From: an uncultured Clostridia bacterium
Lineage (GTDB): Bacteria > Bacillota > Clostridia > Oscillospirales > Ruminococcaceae
Direction: 5' to 3'
Assembly: GCA_946613705.1 (NCBI GenBank)
Contig: CAMOFU010000001.1
Coordinates: 1 to 32,242, forward strand
DNA length: 32,242 nt
The position numbers and the translations under genes are program-made. The notes under the pieces are model-generated. The model was not told the DNA's origin, did not search any database, and saw only the letters and a program-made list of their open reading frames with translations. Positions 17,284 through 27,763 of the stretch are shown here, piece after piece. How positions within the stretch are numbered: position 1 is the stretch's first letter; every line of letters begins with the position of its first letter.

Positions 17284-18321
17284 ATGGGTTCCGTTTATAA
17301 TTGTAATTATGATACTAAGCTGCTCGATAACAGCAGCAGCTCGATAGAATATGCCGCCGAGCTTATCAGGCGCGGAGAGGTCGTCGGTATGCCGACCGAA
17401 ACGGTCTACGGCCTTGCAGCCAATGCCCTCGACCCGCAGGCGGTGAGCAGGATATTCACTGCCAAGGGTCGGCCGCAGGATAACCCGCTGATCGTCCATA
17501 TCGCGGATATGGATATGATAGATCGGCTCGTCCGCGAGCTGCCGCAGAATGCCGTCAGCTGCGCCGAACGCTTCTGGCCGGGGCCTCTCACGATGATACT
17601 CCCCAAGCGGGATATCATTCCCGAGGTCACCAGTGCGGGGCTCCCCACCGCAGGTATAAGGATGCCCTCAAACAAGACCGCGCGTGCGCTGATAAGGACG
17701 GCGGGCGTGCCCCTTGCGGCACCCTCGGCCAACCTCTCGGGCAGCCCCTCCCCCACTAAGGCAGAGCACGTTTTCAAGGATATGAACGGACGTATCCCCT
17801 GTATCCTCGACGACGGCGGCTGCGCTGTGGGAGTTGAATCGACCGTCATCGCCTTTGAAGGAGACAGCATCAGGCTGCTGCGCCCGGGGTTCATCTCTGC
17901 CGAGGAGCTGCGCGAGGTGTGCGATGATGTCATCATCGACAAGGGCGTGGTCGAGGCAGTGGCAAACGATGCGGTCGTCGCCTCCCCGGGCATGAAATAC
18001 AAGCACTATGCCCCGAAGGCGGATATCACGATAATCGATGCCCCGCTCGATGATCTCAGGCGCTGGTGTGCCGAAAACACCGCCCCCGATGATGTGCTCA
18101 TGGTGTTTTGCGAGAGCGACGGCGAGGGGCTCGGCAGAAAATGCATCTGCTACGGGCATGACAGCACAGAGCAGGCGCGGCAGCTGTTTGACGTGCTGCG
18201 CGGGCTCGACGATAAAGGCATCAAAAGGGTCTTCGCAAGGTGCCCCGAGAAAACAGGTGTCGGCCTTGCGGTTTATAACAGACTGCTTCGTGCAGCAGGG
18301 TTTCAGGTGATAAAGCTTTGA
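17284..18321 (+). CDS. sua5: L-threonylcarbamoyladenylate synthase, Sua5 type
   Basis: PTETVYGL, KGRPQDNPLIVH, APSANLSG, GVESTV and PGMKYKHYAP. Confidence 0.95.
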   Translation: MGSVYNCNYDTKLLDNSSSSIEYAAELIRRGEVVGMPTETVYGLAANALDPQAVSRIFTAKGRPQDNPLIVHIADMDMIDRLVRELPQNAVSCAERFWPGPLTMILPKRDIIPEVTSAGLPTAGIRMPSNKTARALIRTAGVPLAAPSANLSGSPSPTKAEHVFKDMNGRIPCILDDGGCAVGVESTVIAFEGDSIRLLRPGFISAEELREVCDDVIIDKGVVEAVANDAVVASPGMKYKHYAPKADITIIDAPLDDLRRWCAENTAPDDVLMVFCESDGEGLGRKCICYGHDSTEQARQLFDVLRGLDDKGIKRVFARCPEKTGVGLAVYNRLLRAAGFQVIKL

Positions 18322-18977
18322 ACTGCGATTATTTGACTATCGGCCTTACAGGTCAGACGGGCAGCGGGAAAAGCCTGCTCAGCGCATATTTCCGCGAGAA
18401 CGGGCTGTTCGTCATAGACTGCGACAGGGTCAGCCGCGGGGTCACCGCCGACGGCAGCGAGTGCTGCGCCGTACTGCGGGAGCATTTCCCTGACTGCATC
18501 GACAGCAGCCTGCACCTTGACAGAAAGGCACTGGGAGCAGTCGTTTTCAGCGATGCCGAAAAGCTCGCCCTGCTCGACGGCCTTATCTTTCCGTTTATCA
18601 GACGTGAGATAGACAGCCGCATCAGCTCAGCCGTCAGCTCGGGTCACCGCATCGTTATCCTCGATGCGCCGACGCTGTTTGAGTCGGGCGCCGACAAGCT
18701 CTGCACGGCTGTGATCTCCTGCGTCGCCGACGAGAGCATAAGATGCGAACGGATAATGCGGCGCGACAGCCTCAGCCTTGACGCGGCTATGTCGCGGATA
18801 CACGCACAGAAAAGCGAGAGCTTTTTTATTGAAAATTCTGATATCGTGATAGAAAACGACGGCGGACTGAAAAGCCTTTCACACGCTGCCGCTTATCTTT
18901 CACTGCTTATAAAGGATATGCTATATGGCAAAACAGGAAACAAAAACAACAAGATCAAAGCCGAAGAAGAAAGCTGA
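18318..18977 (+). CDS. coaE: Dephospho-CoA kinase
   Basis: IGLTGQTGSGKS, LDRKALG.VVF, DAPTLFE and RIMRRD. Confidence 0.93.
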   Translation: MNCDYLTIGLTGQTGSGKSLLSAYFRENGLFVIDCDRVSRGVTADGSECCAVLREHFPDCIDSSLHLDRKALGAVVFSDAEKLALLDGLIFPFIRREIDSRISSAVSSGHRIVILDAPTLFESGADKLCTAVISCVADESIRCERIMRRDSLSLDAAMSRIHAQKSESFFIENSDIVIENDGGLKSLSHAAAYLSLLIKDMLYGKTGNKNNKIKAEEES

Positions 18978-19623
18978 TACAAGGAGCAGGAGCAGCTCCC
19001 GCGGAAAGAAAAAGAAAGGCTCGGATCACTCGGTGCTGATAATAGTCGTCTCGCTGATACTTGCGATACTCGTCGTGCTGGCATTCATCTTCCGCGACGA
19101 GATCTCCGAAAAGGTGCAGGACTACGGGCCGAACGTTTTCATGACCACCGATTATGAGGAGTATGTGCTCAAGTACTCCAAGGAGTACAATATGGATCCG
19201 CGGTTCGTGTTCGCAATAATCCACACCGAGAGCCATTTCAACCCCGAGGCGACCTCAAACGTCGGCGCACGGGGACTGATGCAGCTTATGGAAGAGGCAT
19301 ACGACTGGGTGAAGTTCCGCCTTGACGACGACAGAGCGCACACCTTCGACGATATGTACGATCCCGAGCTGAATATCCAGTACGGAACGTATATGCTCAG
19401 CTTCCTGTATGAAAAGTTCGACCATTCCTACGAGCTCACGGCGGCGGCATATCACGGCGGCATGAACGCCGTTGATACATGGATAAACGACGGCACCGTC
19501 GATCCCGAGAACTTCCGCCTTGAGGACGTTCCCTCGGACGTTACCGCCAATTACATATATAAAGTAATGAAGGCGTATAATAAATACAAAGAAAAGTTAG
19601 AGGAGGATCTTAGAGATGTCTGA
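18925..19623 (+). CDS. Membrane-anchored lytic transglycosylase (SLT domain)
   Basis: Basic N-terminus, one TM helix, IHTES, GARGLMQL, NIQYGT and AAYHGG. Confidence 0.9.
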   Translation: MAKQETKTTRSKPKKKADTRSRSSSRGKKKKGSDHSVLIIVVSLILAILVVLAFIFRDEISEKVQDYGPNVFMTTDYEEYVLKYSKEYNMDPRFVFAIIHTESHFNPEATSNVGARGLMQLMEEAYDWVKFRLDDDRAHTFDDMYDPELNIQYGTYMLSFLYEKFDHSYELTAAAYHGGMNAVDTWINDGTVDPENFRLEDVPSDVTANYIYKVMKAYNKYKEKLEEDLRDV

Positions 19624-21022
19624 CAAAAAGAAAACCGAAGGCGAGCTTCTTGCCGAGAAGCTGCTTTCCGATCACAAGCACGGCGGACTGCTGATGAGCG
19701 ATGAGGAGCTTGCGGCCGCCGATAAGTTCTGCGAGAGCTACAAGCAGTATCTCGACACCGCGAAGATAGAGCGCGAGGCCTGCATCGAAGCTGTAAGACG
19801 CGCAAAGGAAGCGGGCTTTACAGAGTTTGAGCGCGGCAGACAGTATAAGGCGGGGGACAAGTTCTACTTCGTCAACCGCGGCAAGGCTGTGATACTCGGA
19901 GTTATGGGTACTCTGCCGCTCGATAAAGGCATAAGGCTGGCAGCAGCACACATCGACTCGCCCCGCCTTGACCTCAAGCAGAACCCGCTCTATGAGGATA
20001 CCGAGCTGGCACTGTTCAAGACGCATTATTACGGCGGTATCAAAAAATACCAGTGGGCAGCTATCCCGCTCGCACTGCACGGTGTTGTTATCAAGGCAGA
20101 CGGCGAGTGCATCTCGGTAAACATAGGCGAGGACGACAACGACCCCGTGTTCTGCGTTACCGACCTGCTCCCGCATCTTGCACAGCAGCAGATGAAGCGT
20201 ACCCCCGCCGAGCTTATCAAGGGCGAGGAGCTCAACCTGCTCGTAGGGTCGATGCCGTTCAGGGACGATAAGGTGTCCAAAAAGGTCAAGCTCAATATCA
20301 TGAAGATACTCAACGAGAAGTACGGCATCGTTGAGGACGACTTCATGTCTGCCGAGCTGGAGATAGTCCCGCAGTTCAAGGCGCGTGATATCGGCTTCGA
20401 CAGGAGCATGATCGGTGCCTACGGTCAGGACGACAGCGCCTGCGCATATACCGCCCTCGAAGCGATCCTGTCGGTCGATAAGCCCGCACACACCTGCCTC
20501 ACCTGCCTTACCGACAAGGAGGAAACGGGCAGCGACGGCAACACGGGTCTTAACAGCTCGTATCTGAAATACTTCATCGACGACCTTGCAAGGGCATACG
20601 GGCTCTGCGGACATAACGTGATCTCCGCCTCCGAGTGCCTTTCTGCTGACGTAAACTCTGCCGTTGACCCGACCTTCCCCGATGTCACCGAGAGCATGAA
20701 TGCCTCAAAGCTCAACTACGGCGTTGTTGCTACCAAGTTCACGGGCGCACGCGGCAAGTCGGGCACCTCCGATGCGTCGGCTGAATTTGTCGGCAGAGTG
20801 AGAAGGCTGTTCGATCAAAACGGTGTGCTCTGGCAGACGGGCGAGCTTGGCAAGGTAGACCTCGGCGGCGGCGGGACGGTCGCGCAGTTCATCGCCAACC
20901 TTGACATGGAGGTCATCGACGTGGGCGTGCCTGTGCTTTGTATGCACGCTCCCTTCGAGGTCACCGCAAAAATTGATATCTATATGGCTTACAAGGCATT
21001 CTCGGTCTTCTTCGCAGACTGA
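19616..21022 (+). CDS. M18 family aminopeptidase
   Basis: AHIDSP, HYYGGIKKYQW, GQDD, DKEETGS, SADV and MHAP. Confidence 0.93.
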   Translation: MSDKKKTEGELLAEKLLSDHKHGGLLMSDEELAAADKFCESYKQYLDTAKIEREACIEAVRRAKEAGFTEFERGRQYKAGDKFYFVNRGKAVILGVMGTLPLDKGIRLAAAHIDSPRLDLKQNPLYEDTELALFKTHYYGGIKKYQWAAIPLALHGVVIKADGECISVNIGEDDNDPVFCVTDLLPHLAQQQMKRTPAELIKGEELNLLVGSMPFRDDKVSKKVKLNIMKILNEKYGIVEDDFMSAELEIVPQFKARDIGFDRSMIGAYGQDDSACAYTALEAILSVDKPAHTCLTCLTDKEETGSDGNTGLNSSYLKYFIDDLARAYGLCGHNVISASECLSADVNSAVDPTFPDVTESMNASKLNYGVVATKFTGARGKSGTSDASAEFVGRVRRLFDQNGVLWQTGELGKVDLGGGGTVAQFIANLDMEVIDVGVPVLCMHAPFEVTAKIDIYMAYKAFSVFFAD

Positions 21023-21037
21023 CGGCCAAACAGCTTC

Positions 21038-21070
21038 AGCCGCAGCACTCCTATGTGCTGCGGCTTTTTT
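21038..21070 (+). terminator. Rho-independent terminator
   Basis: AGCCGCAGCAC-6 nt-GTGCTGCGGCT followed by a T run. Confidence 0.9.
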
Positions 21071-21105
21071 GTTCCACTGCTTCTCTGCTTTGTGCCCGTC
21101 GGTCT

Positions 21106-21141
21106 CAATCGACAAATATCTTTCCTCCCCCGTCTTATAAT
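21106..21141 (+). promoter_or_regulatory. Putative Spo0A-activated spoIIG promoter
   Basis: 0A-like box ATCGACA (reverse TGTCGAT versus consensus TGNCGAA) at 21108-21114 and TATAAT at 21136-21141. Confidence 0.55.
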
Positions 21142-21160
21142 AATAATACGGGGTGAGGAT

Positions 21161-21988
21161 ATGAAGATCTATCTTGATGTGCTTATGCTCAGCAATGCGC
21201 TCATCACACTGGTGTTCGTCAGGCTGCTTTCTCTGATAACGCATACCGCTCTCCGCCGCAGAGGGCTCCTGTTATCCATGCTTGCAGGTGCGGCAGGCTC
21301 GCTTATCATTCTGATCCGACCCGACGGCTTTGCAGAGTCGCTGCTGCTCACCGCGGGCAAGCTCGCGATCTCCGCCCTGACCGTCGCCATAGCCTTCTCG
21401 CTGCGTAAGATCGGTCGGGTGATACGCTTCACCGCTGCATACATCGCCGTGAATATCGCCTTCGGCGGGATATGTATGCTGCTCTGGGAGCTGACGGGCG
21501 CGGGCTTTGTCAGAGCACACAACCTCACTGTCTATTTCAATGTCCCGCTCTGGCTGCTGATGCTGTGCGTTGCGGCGGCTTATCTGCTGATATCCGTCTA
21601 TGAGCGACTGTGCTTCCGCGCCGAGGTAAAGGCCAAACGATACCGCGCAGTCTATACTCTCGGTGATTACTCGATCGACCTGCCCGCAGTCAGCGATACG
21701 GGCAACAAGCTGCGCGACTGCTTCAGCGGAGAGCCCGTCGTGATATTTGCAAGCGACAGACTGTGCGAACACTTCGGCATTGACGACACCTCGGCGCTCA
21801 CCGTGCAGGGCTTCCGACTCATACCCTACAGCACAGTCGCGGGCGGGGGGCTCTTACCCGTTACTCTTCGCGGTACAGTGACAGTCTCGGACGGTGAGCA
21901 GCTCCGCAAGGAGCTCCGCTGTGCAGTAGGCATCACCCGAAGCCGCGGCAGAGAAAGGGCTGTCTTTGACCCCGCATTACTTATCTAA
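21161..21988 (+). CDS. spoIIGA: Pro-sigma-E processing aspartic peptidase SpoIIGA
   Basis: IYLDV..L.N start, five TM helices, DTGNKL.D catalytic motif, RLIPYSTV; directly upstream of sigE. Confidence 0.9.
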   Translation: MKIYLDVLMLSNALITLVFVRLLSLITHTALRRRGLLLSMLAGAAGSLIILIRPDGFAESLLLTAGKLAISALTVAIAFSLRKIGRVIRFTAAYIAVNIAFGGICMLLWELTGAGFVRAHNLTVYFNVPLWLLMLCVAAAYLLISVYERLCFRAEVKAKRYRAVYTLGDYSIDLPAVSDTGNKLRDCFSGEPVVIFASDRLCEHFGIDDTSALTVQGFRLIPYSTVAGGGLLPVTLRGTVTVSDGEQLRKELRCAVGITRSRGRERAVFDPALLI

Positions 21989-21998
21989 GGAGACAACG

Positions 21999-22712
21999 AT
22001 GAAGCTTAATGAATTATTGGAAAAGCTGCGCAGCATTTTCAGCGGGCTGTTTATCGAATGCGATACGGTGGATTATATCAACGGTGCAGACCGTCTCCCG
22101 CCGCCGCTCACACCCGAGGAGGAGTCGCGCGCCTTCGCGCTGCTTGCAGATGACCCCGAAAAAGCCCGCGACCTGCTGATCGTCCACAACCTCCGCCTTG
22201 TGGTCTATATATCCAAAAAGTTCGAGTCTACGGGTGTCGGGCTGGAGGATCTCATCTCGATCGGGACCATCGGGCTCATCAAGGCGGTAAAGACCTTCTG
22301 CCCCGATAAGAAGATAAAGCTTGCTACCTATGCCTCGCGCTGCATTGAAAATGAGATACTGATGTACCTTCGCAAGACCACCCAATACAAAAACGAGATA
22401 TCTATCGACGAGCCGCTCAACATCGACTGGGACGGCAACGAGCTGCTGCTCTCGGACATTCTCGGCACCGACGACGACATAGTCAACCGCGGTATCGAAA
22501 ACGAGACAGACAAGGAGCTGCTCCTGCGCGAGATAGATAAGCTCCCCGAGCGCGAGCGTCAGATCATGGTGATGCGGTTCGGGCTCAACGGCAAAAAGGA
22601 TCTCACCCAGAAGCAGGTCGCAGACCGTCTCGGCATTTCCCAGTCCTATATCAGCCGCATCGAAAAGCGCGTTCTCCGCTCTATCAAGGAAAACCTCGAG
22701 CGCATGACCTGA
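21999..22712 (+). CDS. sigE: Sporulation sigma factor E (pro-sigma-E)
   Basis: Pro-sequence, [45 protein letters not shown] and GISQSYISR. Confidence 0.96.
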   Translation: MKLNELLEKLRSIFSGLFIECDTVDYINGADRLPPPLTPEEESRAFALLADDPEKARDLLIVHNLRLVVYISKKFESTGVGLEDLISIGTIGLIKAVKTFCPDKKIKLATYASRCIENEILMYLRKTTQYKNEISIDEPLNIDWDGNELLLSDILGTDDDIVNRGIENETDKELLLREIDKLPERERQIMVMRFGLNGKKDLTQKQVADRLGISQSYISRIEKRVLRSIKENLERMT

Positions 22713-22720
22713 ACACATCA

Positions 22721-22759
22721 AAATAAGACCCGAAGCTCCAAAAGCCTCGGGTCTTGTTC
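22721..22759. terminator. Bidirectional terminator between sigE and pnp
   Basis: AAGACCCGA.GC / GC.TCGGGTCTT stem between convergent genes. Confidence 0.75.
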
Positions 22760-22773
22760 ATCGTTATCCGATT

Positions 22774-24885
22774 TTACGATCTCTTCTTTGCCTCGATATC
22801 GGCAAGTGCATCTTTGCGCGAGAGATTGATCCTGCCCTGCGAGTCGATCTCCATTACCTTTACCACGATCTCGTCACCGATCTGTACCACGTCCTCGACC
22901 TTCTCAACTCTCTGCTTGTCAAGCTTCGAGATGTGTACCAGTCCGTCCTTGCCGGGTGCGATCTCTACAAATGCGCCGAAGTTCATGATACGAACGACCT
23001 TGCCCTTGTAGATAGCCCCGATCTCGGGATCGTTGGCGATAGTGTTGATGATCGAGATAGCCTGCATAGCCTTCTCCTTGTCAAGACCCGATACGAACAC
23101 ATTTCCGTCCTCTTCAATGTCGATCTTGACATCACACTCGGCGCTGATCTTCTGTATGACCTTTCCGCCGCTGCCGATGACCTCCCTGATCTTGTCAACA
23201 GGCACCTTGGTGGTGAGCATCTTGGGAGCCCACTTGTTTACTTCCTTTCTCGGCTCGGGTATAGCCTTCAGCATGATCTCGTCAAGTATATAATTCCTTG
23301 CCTTGTGGGTCTTTGCAAACGCTTCCTTGATGATATCCGCTGTCAGACCGTCCACCTTGATATCGACCTGTATAGCAGTGATACCCTTCTTGGTGCCGCC
23401 CACCTTGAAGTCCATATCGCCGTAGAAGTCCTCAAGGCCCTGAATGTCTACCATAGTCATCCAGCTGCCGTCGTCCTTGGTGATAAGACCGCAGGAGATA
23501 CCCGCTACAGGTGCCTTTATCGGAACGCCCGCGTCCATGAGCGCAAGCGTCGAACCGCAGATAGAGCCCTGCGAGGTCGAACCGTTGGAGGAAAGCACCT
23601 CGGAAACCATTCTGATAGCATAGGGGAACTCCTCAACAGAGGGGATAACAGGCACGAGCGCCTTTTCAGCCAGTGCGCCGTGACCGATCTCGCGCCTTCC
23701 GGGGCCTCTTGAAGGCTTTGTCTCGCCTACCGAGTAGCTGGGGAAGTTGTAGTGGTGGATATATCTCTTTGACTCCTCCTCGTCCAGTCCGTCAAGACGC
23801 TGTGCATCGCTTACGGGGCCGAGTGTGCAGATCGTCATTACCTGAGTCTGACCTCTGGTGAACAGACCGCAGCCGTGAACTCTCGGCAGGAAGCCTACCT
23901 CAGCAGCAAGAGGTCTTATCTCGTCGATGCCTCTGCCGTCAACACGCTTGCCGTTGTAGAGCCAGTCTCTTACGATTATCTTCTGCAGCTTGTACATTAC
24001 CTCACCGATTATAGTCGGCAGATCCTCATACTTCTCCGAATACTTTTCAAGGATAGCATCGGTGATAGGCTGCATTCTTGCATCACGGATATTCTTGTCA
24101 TCGGTATCGAGCGCATACTTGATCTGCTCGCCGAATTCAGCCATGAACTCGTCCATCATATCATGGTCAAGCTCCATCGACTCAAATGTGAACTTAGGCT
24201 TGCCGATCTGTGCCTTGATATCGTTGATGAAGGCTACCATCTTCTTGATCTCTTCGTGACCGAACAGTATAGCCTCAAGCATTCTGTCGTCGGGGACCTC
24301 GTCAGCGCCCGCCTCGATCATAACTATCTTCTCCATAGAGCCCGCAACAGTCAGGTTCAGATGATTCCTGGATCTCTGCTCCAGTGTGGGGTTGAGCACC
24401 AGCTCATCGTCAACAAGGCCTACGCTTATGCCTGCGATCGGTCCGTTCCACGGGATATCGGAGATCGAGATAGCTATAGAGGTCGCGATCATTCCCGCGA
24501 TCTCGGGCGAACAGTCGGGATCGACCGAAAGCACGGTCATCACAACAGATACATCGTTTCTCATATCCTTCGGGAACAGCGGACGTATCGGACGGTCTAC
24601 CATTCTCGAGGTAAGTATAGCCTTCTCGGTGGGCTTGCCCTCTCTCTTCATGAACGATCCGGGGATCTTGCCTACCGAATAAAGCCTCTCCTCATAGTCA
24701 ACAGAAAGCGGGAAGAAGTCGATGCCCTCTCTCGGCTTGGCGGAAGCAGTAACATTCGCCATAACAACAGTCTCACCGTATCTTACCCAGCAAGAGCCGT
24801 TTGCAAGCTGTGCAGCCTTGCCCGTCTCGACGATGAAGGGTCTGCCCGCGTATGTGGTCTCAAATTTCCTGTAGTTTTCAAACAT
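22774..24885 (-). CDS. pnp: Polyribonucleotide nucleotidyltransferase
   Basis: FFPLSVDYEE, FTRGQTQ, RREIGHG, SNGSTS, DFYGDMDFK, KH and S1 domains; ATG after AGGAGG. Confidence 0.98.
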   Translation of the reverse strand: MFENYRKFETTYAGRPFIVETGKAAQLANGSCWVRYGETVVMANVTASAKPREGIDFFPLSVDYEERLYSVGKIPGSFMKREGKPTEKAILTSRMVDRPIRPLFPKDMRNDVSVVMTVLSVDPDCSPEIAGMIATSIAISISDIPWNGPIAGISVGLVDDELVLNPTLEQRSRNHLNLTVAGSMEKIVMIEAGADEVPDDRMLEAILFGHEEIKKMVAFINDIKAQIGKPKFTFESMELDHDMMDEFMAEFGEQIKYALDTDDKNIRDARMQPITDAILEKYSEKYEDLPTIIGEVMYKLQKIIVRDWLYNGKRVDGRGIDEIRPLAAEVGFLPRVHGCGLFTRGQTQVMTICTLGPVSDAQRLDGLDEEESKRYIHHYNFPSYSVGETKPSRGPGRREIGHGALAEKALVPVIPSVEEFPYAIRMVSEVLSSNGSTSQGSICGSTLALMDAGVPIKAPVAGISCGLITKDDGSWMTMVDIQGLEDFYGDMDFKVGGTKKGITAIQVDIKVDGLTADIIKEAFAKTHKARNYILDEIMLKAIPEPRKEVNKWAPKMLTTKVPVDKIREVIGSGGKVIQKISAECDVKIDIEEDGNVFVSGLDKEKAMQAISIINTIANDPEIGAIYKGKVVRIMNFGAFVEIAPGKDGLVHISKLDKQRVEKVEDVVQIGDEIVVKVMEIDSQGRINLSRKDALADIEAKKRS

Positions 24886-24935
24886 ACCGTGTTTCCTCCT
24901 ATAAAAATACATATTAAGTTAGTTATATACTTTCA

Positions 24936-25021
24936 CAGGCGAGCCATCAGCAATAAACACACTCCGCGAAACCATTTGCGGATCTTCACGGATTCTGTTT
25001 ATTGCTAACCGACGCCGCCTG
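24936..25021 (-). promoter_or_regulatory. Long stem-loop in the pnp leader, putative RNase III site
   Basis: AGCAATAAACA / TGTTTATTGCT 11-bp stem, with an outer CAGGCG/CGCCTG helix and an inner UCCGUGAA/UUCGCGGA helix. Confidence 0.6.
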
Positions 25022-25024
25022 ATG

Positions 25025-25048
25025 TTCCCAAATTCCCAAATTCCCAAA
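25025..25048. repeat. Short tandem repeat TTCCCAAA x3
   Basis: Read directly. Confidence 0.8.
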
Positions 25049-25067
25049 TTTCGTAAAAACAGAGAAT

Positions 25068-25112
25068 AAACACCAAAAGGCAGTGGCGCTTTAAACGCCT
25101 CTGCCTTGGTGT
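25068..25112 (-). terminator. Terminator-like hairpin after rpsO
   Basis: ACACC..AAGGCAG.GGCG / CGCC.CTGCCTTGGTGT stem followed by a U-rich tract on the minus strand. Confidence 0.7.
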
Positions 25113-25122
25113 CTCACAGCGA

Positions 25123-25389
25123 TTACTTACGAAGACCGAGTCTTTCGATAGTAGCTCTGTATCTCTCGATATCCTTGTTCTTGAGATAGCCGAGAAGGTT
25201 TCTTCTCTTACCTACCATTTTCAGAAGACCTCTTCTGGAGTGATGATCCTTCTTGTGTGTCTTCAGGTGCTCGGTCAGGTCATTTATCCTCTTGGTAAGG
25301 ATAGCGATCTGTACCTCGGGCGAGCCCGTGTCGGTCTCGTGAGTTCTGTTAGCTTCGATAACAGCTGTCTTTTCGTCTTTTCTGAGCAT
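25123..25389 (-). CDS. rpsO: 30S ribosomal protein S15
   Basis: [26 protein letters not shown] and LGLRK. Confidence 0.99.
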   Translation of the reverse strand: MLRKDEKTAVIEANRTHETDTGSPEVQIAILTKRINDLTEHLKTHKKDHHSRRGLLKMVGKRRNLLGYLKNKDIERYRATIERLGLRK

Positions 25390-25527
25390 TTTTGTGTACC
25401 TCTTTCAAATATATTTCCGCAGCCGAAGGATATGGCAGGCAACCTTCCCTTTCGGGCTTTACCCATATTCTGCGGCAGGGATAGCCACGGAGCTGCGTGC
25501 AGCGGCACACATCACCGTGTAATCAGC
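25390..25527 (-). promoter_or_regulatory. Structured rpsO 5' leader, probable S15 autoregulatory RNA
   Basis: About 135-nt UTR with nested helices CCGCAG/CUGCGG and AUAUGG/CCAUAU, a CCC-GAAA-GGG hairpin and a CUUCGG loop. Confidence 0.6.
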
Positions 25528-25533
25528 CTTTTA

Positions 25534-25562
25534 ATTATACTACATAACGTCTGATTTGTAAA
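25534..25562 (-). promoter_or_regulatory. Sigma-A promoter of rpsO-pnp
   Basis: TTTACA-17 nt-TATAAT. Confidence 0.75.
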
Positions 25563-25597
25563 TAGCATTCACGAAAATTTTACATTCGATCTTCCCA

Positions 25598-26521
25598 TCA
25601 GGTGTGCAGGAACAGCTTGTTCCAGTCGGACATAGCTCTTTCCTTTCTCGGTGCAGTCGGCTCTTCGCTCCTGATGCCGTTCTTGACCTTTGCAGCAGTC
25701 AGCGTGTTCTGCATCAGCATAGCGATCGTCATCGGTCCAACGCCGCCGGGCACGGGAGTGATGTAGCCTGCCTTGTCCTTGCAGTTCTCAAAGTCAACAT
25801 CGCCGCAGAGCTTGCCGTTCTCGTCCCTGTCCATTCCAACGTCGATGACAACAGCGCCCTCCTTGATGTAGTCCGCCGTGATGATCTTGGGCTTGCCCAC
25901 AGCCGCCACAAGGATATCCGCCCTGCTCGCTACCTCCTTGAGATCCTTCGTCTTCGAGTGGCAGATCGTTACGGTGCCGCTCTTGTGCAGCAGCAGCATT
26001 GCCATAGGCTTGCCGACGATATTGCTCCGCCCGATAACAACGCACTCCTTGCCCTGTATCTCAACGCCCGTTGCCGCGATCAGCTCCATAACTCCCGCAG
26101 GCGTGCATGGCAGGAAGCTGTAGTCTCCTATCATGATCTTGCCCACGTTCACAGGGTGGAAGGCATCAACGTCCTTCTCGGGCAGTATGTTGTTGATTAT
26201 CACCTTGTCATCAAGATGCTTGGGCAGCGGCAGCTGAACAAGTATGCCGTTCACCTTATCGTCGGCATTGAGCCTGTTCACCAGCTCAAGCAGCTCCTCC
26301 TCGGTCGTGCTCTCGGGCAGCGCATACTCATACGATGTGAAGCCCACCTCCTCGCAGGCCTTCTTCTTGTTGCGCACATACACCTTCGATGCGGGATCCT
26401 CTCCCACGATCACTACCGCAAGACCTACCTCTATCCCCTGCTCCTTCAGCCTTGCCGTCTCCTCCTTGATGCGCTCCTTAACGCTTGCCGATACTGCCTT
26501 TCCGTCAATTATCAGTCCCAT
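25598..26521 (-). CDS. folD: Methylenetetrahydrofolate dehydrogenase/cyclohydrolase
   Basis: [34 protein letters not shown] and PGGVGPMT. Confidence 0.97.
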   Translation of the reverse strand: MGLIIDGKAVSASVKERIKEETARLKEQGIEVGLAVVIVGEDPASKVYVRNKKKACEEVGFTSYEYALPESTTEEELLELVNRLNADDKVNGILVQLPLPKHLDDKVIINNILPEKDVDAFHPVNVGKIMIGDYSFLPCTPAGVMELIAATGVEIQGKECVVIGRSNIVGKPMAMLLLHKSGTVTICHSKTKDLKEVASRADILVAAVGKPKIITADYIKEGAVVIDVGMDRDENGKLCGDVDFENCKDKAGYITPVPGGVGPMTIAMLMQNTLTAAKVKNGIRSEEPTAPRKERAMSDWNKLFLHT

Positions 26522-27761
26522 TGTCATCGTCCTCCTTGCTCTCATTATCGTCCGACTTGCTCTCATCGGGCGCTTCGTCCTCGTCGTCCCCGAGTATCGA
26601 GGTGTAGCTCTCCTTCTCCTCGGGCTCGTCCTCCTTCACACTGTCAGAGGGCTTCTTTGCATTCCTGCCGAACTTTTCATCAAACTCCTTCTCCAGCTCC
26701 GCAGTGCTCTCGCCCGCAGCCTTCGCCGCCTTGATCTTCGCTTTCAGCTCCTTCTTGGCCTTCTGCATCTCGGCATACGAGTTATATTCCTCCATCTGCG
26801 CCTTGCTCAGCTTGGTGTCAACATACAGCCTGTAGTCGTCGCTGCGCTTTACCATGCTTCGGAATATGATTATCAGCACGACCGAAGCGATCACGCAGGC
26901 ACCCGCCACCAGCTGCGAGACCTTAATGTTCATCAGATACAGCGAATCCGTCCTCGTCGATTCGATAAAGAACCGCCCCAGACCGTACAGCCCTATATAC
27001 ATCAGGAACACCTCGCCGTCGAACCTCCTGTGCCGCAGATACAGGTGCAGCACCACGAATGCCGCACAGCACCAGAGCGACTCATACAGAAAGCACGGGT
27101 GAACAGGCGCGTAGCTCGACACCTGCCCGCCAAGATCGTCATAATGCTCGGCGATATAAACTATCGTCCTGTTGCTCATCATTCCCCACGGCAGATCGGT
27201 GTTCGCTCCGAACGCCTCCTGATTGAAGAAATTGCCCCAGCGCCCTATCGCCTGACCGATCAGGAAGCACGGCCCCACCACATCGAGCAGCGCCGTAAGC
27301 TTGACCTTTCTTATCTTCACGACTATGCCGCCGACCACTATGGCTCCGATTATACCGCCGTAGATAGCCAGCCCTCCGTCACGGATATCAAAGAACTGCG
27401 AGAACGACATATCGCTGTTGAACAGAACGTAATACAGCCTTGCACCGAATATCGCGCCGAAAAAGCCCGCTATCACGCCGTCCGTCGCCCTGTCGGGATC
27501 CACCCCGACCTCCTTCATCCTGCGGAAGCCGTATACCATCGCCAGCAGTATTCCCACCGCTATCAGGAACCCGTACCAGTAGACCTTGAAGTTCAGCCCG
27601 GGTATCGTGAAAAGCACCCTGTCTACCGTGATCCCCTCCGATAATATATTGTCTCCCGACCCGAAATTCGGGAAGTATACCTTATCGGGATTCTCTCTGA
27701 TCTTGCTTATCACTTCCTTATCAAGGTCAGTGGCAAGCAGCTGTAAAAATTGCGTCATCAT
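26505..27761 (-). CDS. lgt: Prolipoprotein diacylglyceryl transferase with a long charged C-terminal tail
   Basis: [40 protein letters not shown] and RFFIE. Confidence 0.95.
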   Translation of the reverse strand: MMTQFLQLLATDLDKEVISKIRENPDKVYFPNFGSGDNILSEGITVDRVLFTIPGLNFKVYWYGFLIAVGILLAMVYGFRRMKEVGVDPDRATDGVIAGFFGAIFGARLYYVLFNSDMSFSQFFDIRDGGLAIYGGIIGAIVVGGIVVKIRKVKLTALLDVVGPCFLIGQAIGRWGNFFNQEAFGANTDLPWGMMSNRTIVYIAEHYDDLGGQVSSYAPVHPCFLYESLWCCAAFVVLHLYLRHRRFDGEVFLMYIGLYGLGRFFIESTRTDSLYLMNIKVSQLVAGACVIASVVLIIIFRSMVKRSDDYRLYVDTKLSKAQMEEYNSYAEMQKAKKELKAKIKAAKAAGESTAELEKEFDEKFGRNAKKPSDSVKEDEPEEKESYTSILGDDEDEAPDESKSDDNESKEDDDNGTDN

Positions 27762-27763
27762 TT

